Below, piece by piece: positions 59,238 to 64,000 of a stretch of DNA of 64,000 nucleotides. The stretch lies in NCBI GenBank assembly GCA_026390815.1, contig JAPLFH010000005.1, positions 62,366 through 126,365 on the forward strand, read 5' to 3'. The DNA comes from Ignavibacteriales bacterium. Its GTDB lineage: Bacteria; Bacteroidota; Ignavibacteria; Ignavibacteriales; SURF-24. How positions within the stretch are numbered: the first letter of the stretch is position 1; each line of letters starts with the position of its first letter. The notes beneath the pieces are model-generated. The model did no database searches and had not been told where the DNA came from. It saw only the letters and a list, made by a program, of their open reading frames with translations. A program made the translations under genes and the position numbers.

Positions 59238-59270
59238 AAAACATTCACATTAACCCTGAATGTTTTTTTT
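59238..59270 (+). terminator. Rho-independent terminator between the two tandem elements
   Basis: AAAACATTCA-CATTAACCC-TGAATGTTTT followed by a T-run up to 59270 on the + strand. Confidence 0.65.
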
Positions 59271-59397
59271 CCTCATCCCAAAGGGATGAAATGTTTATAG
59301 CATTTAATAACACAATAATTTCATACGACCCCGGATGGGGTCGAACGTTTTCTTTTTCTATTTCTTTTCTATAAACGTTCGATGCCTCCGGCATCAA
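59269..59397 (+). ncRNA. Candidate structured RNA element, copy B (unclassified)
   Basis: Hairpins are TCATCCC-AAA-GGGATGA, GACCCC-GGAT-GGGGTC, GAACGTTT..22 nt..AAACGTTC and GATGCC-TCC-GGCATC. The palindrome AAACCTTCAAGGTTT plus T follows. Confidence 0.35.
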
Positions 59398-59478
59398 ACA
59401 AAACCTTCAAGGTTTTCATACAAACACTAACGCTAACCTTGTAGGATTTCCAAATGACCAATCTGGAAAATAATCCGC

Positions 59479-59859
59479 CTATTTAGTTTCCTTCGCTTTC
59501 CTTTCCGGTTTTTTTCTGTCACTTATACGTTTACCGCCAAGCTGTTCGTACTCAAGAGAATCACCGCCAAACTTACCCTTTCCGCTCGAAAGAACAGAAG
59601 TGCTCATTTCAGCTAACTTATTTTCAGCTTCATCTAATTTGCTGCCAAGCGCATCTGCCTGCTGTAATACCTGGTTATAATCTTCATTCAAACCTTCGCA
59701 TGCGGCAATTTGCGCTTCATAATCTGTTACGGTTAGTTTCTTTTCTTCTGAACCATAATCAGTTACTTTGCTGCGGTCGGTATCAATTTTTTTCATTCCG
59801 GCAAGCCGTACCTTAGCCTGATTTACAGTTGAAGATGTTTCTCGTTTCTTAAAAGCCAT
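59479..59859 (-). CDS. Hypothetical charged, helical 126-aa protein
   Basis: An ORF with plausible coding composition: MAFKKRETSSTVNQAKVRLAGMKKID..KLDEAENKLAEMS..RKKPERKAKETK. No family was recognised. Confidence 0.5.
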   Translation of the reverse strand: MAFKKRETSSTVNQAKVRLAGMKKIDTDRSKVTDYGSEEKKLTVTDYEAQIAACEGLNEDYNQVLQQADALGSKLDEAENKLAEMSTSVLSSGKGKFGGDSLEYEQLGGKRISDRKKPERKAKETK

Positions 59860-59947
59860 TTAATACCTCCTTTTCCCTGCTAAGGGAAATAATATTTAGA
59901 AAATTGCTTAAAATAGGACTATTTATACATCCAATAAAGGAATTTCT

Positions 59948-60141
59948 ATGTTCAGTAAGACTTTATCTATGTTCCCAAAGTCTTTTTTTATGTTGTTCAA
60001 GTCTTTTCCTATGTGCAAAAAAACTTTATCTATGTTTAAAAATGCTTTTCCAATGTTGTCAAATTCATTTTATTCATGTTCTAAGTTTTTATCCTCCTTG
60101 TTAAAGTCTTTATCCTTTCTTCTCAATTCTCTTCCCATCTT
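59948..60141. repeat. Array of about nine tandem ~21-bp direct repeats (consensus TTnnnAAGTCTTTnTCTATG)
   Basis: ATG triplets at 59948, 59969, 59990, 60011, 60032 and 60053 are spaced exactly 21 nt apart. Three further degenerate units follow to ~60141. The array is also readable as two overlapping heptad-repeat ORFs (track 59904-60104 and 59948-60145). Confidence 0.85.
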
Positions 60142-60713
60142 ATAAAATATTTCAACTCTGCAATAAGAAAGTTTTCCTTGCCAGGCAAAGTCTTCATTTA
60201 GAGGAAATTATTTTACGGAATTGTTTGCAAACAATTACAAAGAAAACCTTTCCCCTTTTTCATCCAGTAAATGAAAAGGAGAAAGAACAATTAACAAAAA
60301 AAAATCTATAAAAAATTTATATTTATGTTCAATAAATTTTTGGGTTGATAGAAAAGGATATAAAAAAGCAGCGCAGAGAATTCCCGATATTTTATGTTCA
60401 ATATTTCGAACAAGAACCAAAATACGCCCCCGTACTTTTTTTACTAACAATTACGAATGAATAATAATGTTTCGAAATCAAATTGTCAACTGTTCATTCT
60501 AAATTTTACGGCAATAGGAACTATATTTAGTCATTCCTTTTCCTTTTGAAAAAGAATGAATTTTGGGCGAGAATCACACGTCAGAAAGTAAAACATGGCA
60601 ATCCCATCTTCTAACTTCTGAATTATGACTTCTGTTTTCAATTCTCCGTTCTCAGTTTTCTGTTTTCTCTCCCCTCTTTTCCTTATATTTAGCCCACAAA
60701 AATTATTAGAAAA

Positions 60714-62162
60714 ATGAACGAGAAATACGAAGCAGTTATTGGACTTGAAGTCCATGCACAATTATTAACCGAAACAAAATGTTTTTGCGGATGCAGTACT
60801 AAATTTGGTAATCCGCCTAATTCTAATGTGTGCCCAATATGTTTGGGTCATCCGGGAGTTCTGCCGGTATTGAATAAAAAAGTTGTTGAGTTTACAGTTA
60901 TGATGGGTCTTGCAACAAACTGTGCAATAAATGAAAAATCTACCTTTGCAAGAAAGAATTATTTTTATCCTGATCTTCCTAAAGGTTACCAGATTTCTCA
61001 ATACGAACAACCTATTTGTGAAAACGGATCACTTGAAATAGAGTTTATTAATGGAAGCAAAAAGCTAATTGGAATTACCAGAATCCATATGGAAGAAGAT
61101 GCCGGTAAATCAATTCACGATCAATCCACTGAAACTTTAGTTGATGTAAACCGATGCGGTGTACCTCTTATGGAAATTGTAAGCGAACCAGATATGCGAA
61201 CTCCTGAAGAAGCATTTCTTTATTTAACTAAAATAAAACAAATCGTTCAGTATCTTGGAATTTGTGATGGGAATATGGAAGAAGGCTCACTTAGATGCGA
61301 TGCAAACATTTCCATTCGCTTAAAAGGAGAAAGGGAATTAGGAACCAAGACGGAAGTTAAGAATATGAATTCCTTCCGGAATGTTGAAAGAGCAATTGCT
61401 TTTGAAATTGAAAGACAAATTGAATTGATTGAAGATGGAAAGAAAATCATTCAGCAAACTTTGTTGTGGAATGCCGATCTTAATTCTGTTGCAACAATGC
61501 GTAGTAAAGAAGAAGCTCACGATTACCGGTACTTCCCCGATCCTGATCTAATGCCTGTTGTTGTTTCAGTGGAATGGAAGAACGAAATTGCCAATAAACT
61601 TCCAGAACTTCCGGAAGTAAGAAGAAAAAGATTTGTAGAGCAATTTAAAATTCCGGAATATGATGCTGTGGTTTTAACATCAGCAAGAGATTTAGCTGAT
61701 TATTATGAAAAAGTAATTTCAATAACTGGTGATTACAAATCCGCCAGCAACTGGGTAATGGGAGAAGTTTTAAAAGGGATAAATGGAAATAAATTATCGG
61801 CTGATAAGTTTTCGGTCTCACCGGAAAACCTTGGAAAGCTAATTAACCTAATAAATAAAAATGTAATTAGCGGAAAGATTGCTAAAGAAATATTTCCCGA
61901 AATGCTTTTAACCAATAAAGAGCCTGAAGTAATTATTAAGGAAAAAAATCTTATTCAGATAACAGATACATCTGAAATTGAAGACGTGATAAACAAAATG
62001 CTTATAAAACACACAAATGAAGTTCAACAATATTTATCGGGCAAAGATAAAGTGTTTGGATTTTTTGTGGGACAGGTAATGAAAGAAACTAAAGGTAAAG
62101 CAAATCCGAAGGCTGTGAATGACATTCTGAAAGAAAAGCTGGACGCACTGAAGTTATCATAA
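60714..62162 (+). CDS. gatB: Aspartyl/glutamyl-tRNA(Asn/Gln) amidotransferase subunit B
   Basis: YEAVIGLEVHAQL.T.TK.FC, NYFYPDLPKGYQISQ, RIHMEEDAGK and a C-terminal YqeY-like tail. Confidence 0.95.
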   Translation: MNEKYEAVIGLEVHAQLLTETKCFCGCSTKFGNPPNSNVCPICLGHPGVLPVLNKKVVEFTVMMGLATNCAINEKSTFARKNYFYPDLPKGYQISQYEQPICENGSLEIEFINGSKKLIGITRIHMEEDAGKSIHDQSTETLVDVNRCGVPLMEIVSEPDMRTPEEAFLYLTKIKQIVQYLGICDGNMEEGSLRCDANISIRLKGERELGTKTEVKNMNSFRNVERAIAFEIERQIELIEDGKKIIQQTLLWNADLNSVATMRSKEEAHDYRYFPDPDLMPVVVSVEWKNEIANKLPELPEVRRKRFVEQFKIPEYDAVVLTSARDLADYYEKVISITGDYKSASNWVMGEVLKGINGNKLSADKFSVSPENLGKLINLINKNVISGKIAKEIFPEMLLTNKEPEVIIKEKNLIQITDTSEIEDVINKMLIKHTNEVQQYLSGKDKVFGFFVGQVMKETKGKANPKAVNDILKEKLDALKLS

Positions 62163-62185
62163 TTTTTTTGAATAAGGTTTCTTAA

Positions 62186-64000
62186 ATGAAAAATAATATG
62201 CTCTATGTTAATTTTAAATTTTTTGTTTTAATATCGATTTTCTTTTTACCGCTAAATATAATCTACACCCAAAATATTGATTCTGGCTGGAAACTTTATG
62301 ATGATTCGCAAGTGGCTATTGTTGAAATTACAATGAATCCCGATGACTTAATCTACATGTACACTAACTTAAAAAGCGATTCAATGCACATTGCTCAAGT
62401 GCATTTTAAAAATGCACAAATTGATGAAACCATCGATTCAGTTGGGATAAGATTACGCGGCAATACTTCCAGGGATGCTCAAAAAAAATCTTTGAAGTTA
62501 TCATTCAATCATTTTATTAATGGAAGACAGTTCCATAAAGTTGATGATTTAAATCTGAATGGCGAACATAACGATCCTTCAATTATAAGAAGCAAATTGG
62601 TGTGGGATTTATGCAAAGATATAGGGATGAAAGGAAGCCGCGCAGCCCACACAGCAGTTTACATTAACGGGCAATATTATGGTTTATATATATCGGTAGA
62701 AAGTATTGATGATGAATTTCTAAAAAAGAATTTCAATGACGATTCCGGTAATTTATGGAAATGCCTTTACCCTGCCGATTTAGTTTACAAAGGAACCAAT
62801 CCTAATCTTTATAAAAAAATTGAGAATGGAAGAAGAGTCTATGATTTAAGTACTAATCAAGAAAAAGATGATTACTCAAAACTTGCCCGTTTGATCGGCA
62901 TTATTAATACTACTCCAAATAATTTATTGGAAGATTCATTGGAATCTGTTTTATCTGTTACTGAAGTTCTAAAATATTTTGCTATGAACATTATGGTCGG
63001 TAGTTGGGATGATTACTGGTTCTTAAAAAATAATTATTACATATACCACGAACCGGCAGCAGATATTTTTCATTGGCTTCCTTATGATTATGATAATACA
63101 TTTGGAATTGATTGGTTCAATGTTGATTGGACAAATTCAAATCCTTATGTTTTTGGAAACTCGGATAATTCCCCTCGCCCGTTGGTTACAAAAGTTATTG
63201 GAAATTCACAGTACAGAAATCTTTATACACACTTTTTAGATTTCTATAGAAATAATGTTTTCAAACTTTCTATTTGGGAATCCAGGATTGATAGTTTAAA
63301 ATCAAGGATAACTCAATATGCGGAAACGGATACTTTCCGCACGAAGGATTACAATTTTACGATGCTGGACTTTAATAATTCTTATTCAGCTAATAGCTAC
63401 TCAAATAAGCATGTTAAAAGAGGAATAAAAGAATATGTTAATAATCGATACAATACTTTAGGTACATACTTAAACTGGCAAGCAGCTAAGCCAATTATTT
63501 ACTCCATCAATTGGTTCCCCAAAAACCCAAGACCAACTGATACAATTTTTGTAGTTGCTTCTGCATTTAGCAAATCGGGACTTAAAGATGTTACCATAAA
63601 ATTTTCTTTTGAGAATGAAGGAAATATTTTTGATTATCCAATGACTTTTCAACCAGTTGCAAATACAAAAAAAGTAGAAGAAGCAGATAAATGGATTGGA
63701 AAAATACTTCCATTAGGTTTAGGTAAATCCGGTAGTTTTGTAATCTCTGTTTCAGACATTAATAATTTATCGCAAATATATCCACGGAAATCAGCAAACA
63801 AAATTCAAACTCCATCTTCCACCAGTTTTGGCTTAGTTATTAACGAATTTCTTGCAAAAAATGATAATACTATAAAAGATCAGGATGGTGAAAATGATGA
63901 CTGGGTTGAACTTTATAATTCTACTAACAATTCAATTTCATTAAGAGGAAAATTTCTTACCAACTCTAAAAAGAATTTGATGCAATGGAAATTAACAGAT
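62186..64000 (+). CDS. CotH-family protein with a lamin-tail (LTD) domain beginning near the window end (partial, runs off the window)
   Basis: Hand translation from the ATG at 62186 gives 605 codons without a stop. It has a signal peptide and GIRLRGNTSR..KKSLKLSFN, WDDYWFLKNNYYIY and LPYDYDNTFG (CotH pattern). The end reads GLVINEFLAKNDNTIKDQDGENDDWVELYN (LTD pattern). It is open-ended and so absent from the track. Confidence 0.8.
   Translation, partial: MKNNMLYVNFKFFVLISIFFLPLNIIYTQNIDSGWKLYDDSQVAIVEITMNPDDLIYMYTNLKSDSMHIAQVHFKNAQIDETIDSVGIRLRGNTSRDAQKKSLKLSFNHFINGRQFHKVDDLNLNGEHNDPSIIRSKLVWDLCKDIGMKGSRAAHTAVYINGQYYGLYISVESIDDEFLKKNFNDDSGNLWKCLYPADLVYKGTNPNLYKKIENGRRVYDLSTNQEKDDYSKLARLIGIINTTPNNLLEDSLESVLSVTEVLKYFAMNIMVGSWDDYWFLKNNYYIYHEPAADIFHWLPYDYDNTFGIDWFNVDWTNSNPYVFGNSDNSPRPLVTKVIGNSQYRNLYTHFLDFYRNNVFKLSIWESRIDSLKSRITQYAETDTFRTKDYNFTMLDFNNSYSANSYSNKHVKRGIKEYVNNRYNTLGTYLNWQAAKPIIYSINWFPKNPRPTDTIFVVASAFSKSGLKDVTIKFSFENEGNIFDYPMTFQPVANTKKVEEADKWIGKILPLGLGKSGSFVISVSDINNLSQIYPRKSANKIQTPSSTSFGLVINEFLAKNDNTIKDQDGENDDWVELYNSTNNSISLRGKFLTNSKKNLMQWKLTD

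Noticed and set aside
59948-60141. 21-bp repeat array as oriC / DnaA-box cluster or as a CRISPR array
   Set aside because: Only weak TTATCC-like fragments are present and no TTATCCACA-type boxes. No dnaA or dnaN lies nearby. The repeats are contiguous without unique spacers and there are no cas genes, so neither an origin nor a CRISPR array is supported.
60235-60761. Track ORFs 60235-60450 (71 aa) and 60531-60761 (76 aa) on the minus strand
   Set aside because: They lack SD sequences and recognisable motifs, and their composition is odd. The second overlaps the gatB start codon region in antisense. Both are treated as non-coding.

Overview
This is an AT-rich bacterial chromosome segment. The best fit is an FCB-group organism (Ignavibacteria/Bacteroidota-like): seven proteins end in T9SS type-A C-terminal sorting domains (..NYPNPFNP..), SBBP and FISUMP domains are present, and two genes have TAnnTTTG-type -7 boxes. 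That taxon call is inference. Layout: (1) 1-38.9 kb is mostly core genes. It holds rplT'-rpmI-infC-thrS, three tRNAs, three tandem GT9 glycosyltransferases, a homocysteine methyltransferase, ispE and a glycosylasparaginase. It also holds a large Zn-ribbon DNA methyltransferase coupled to a RadC-N-terminal-only ORF, and a Dlt-like acyl-AMP ligase/carrier protein/MBOAT/SGNH cluster. The rest of this block is a PFK with PPi-type signature residues, UvrD/PcrA, an MFS transporter, PepD, a PqqD-like protein, an OPT transporter, pdxJ, groESL with a CIRCE operator, and a MacAB-TolC-type efflux operon. (2) 39-58.9 kb is an accessory island that opens with a transposase remnant. It contains six T9SS cargo genes (FISUMP, beta-helix, FN3, C1 peptidase, SBBP propeller, unknown), a LytS/LytTR pair and a membrane-spanning AraC regulator. 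It shows clear recombination footprints: a near-identical CTD cassette on three unrelated genes, and a ~455-bp duplication carrying a dead lytTR 3' end. (3) 58.9-60.7 kb is gene-poor but highly structured. It has two tandem ~130-nt elements with conserved hairpins, one clear compensatory change and their own terminators (a candidate novel sRNA pair). It also has about nine phased 21-bp repeats that read as heptad-repeat peptides, and an 18-bp perfect palindrome. (4) gatB and a partial CotH-family gene close the window. No CRISPR array, rRNA, intact IS or prophage was seen. The most novel-looking items are the tandem structured elements, the 21-bp repeat array, the methyltransferase/RadC-N pair, the Dlt-like lipidation-type cluster and the CTD cassette exchange. 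All function calls rest on motif recognition by eye; no database search was run.
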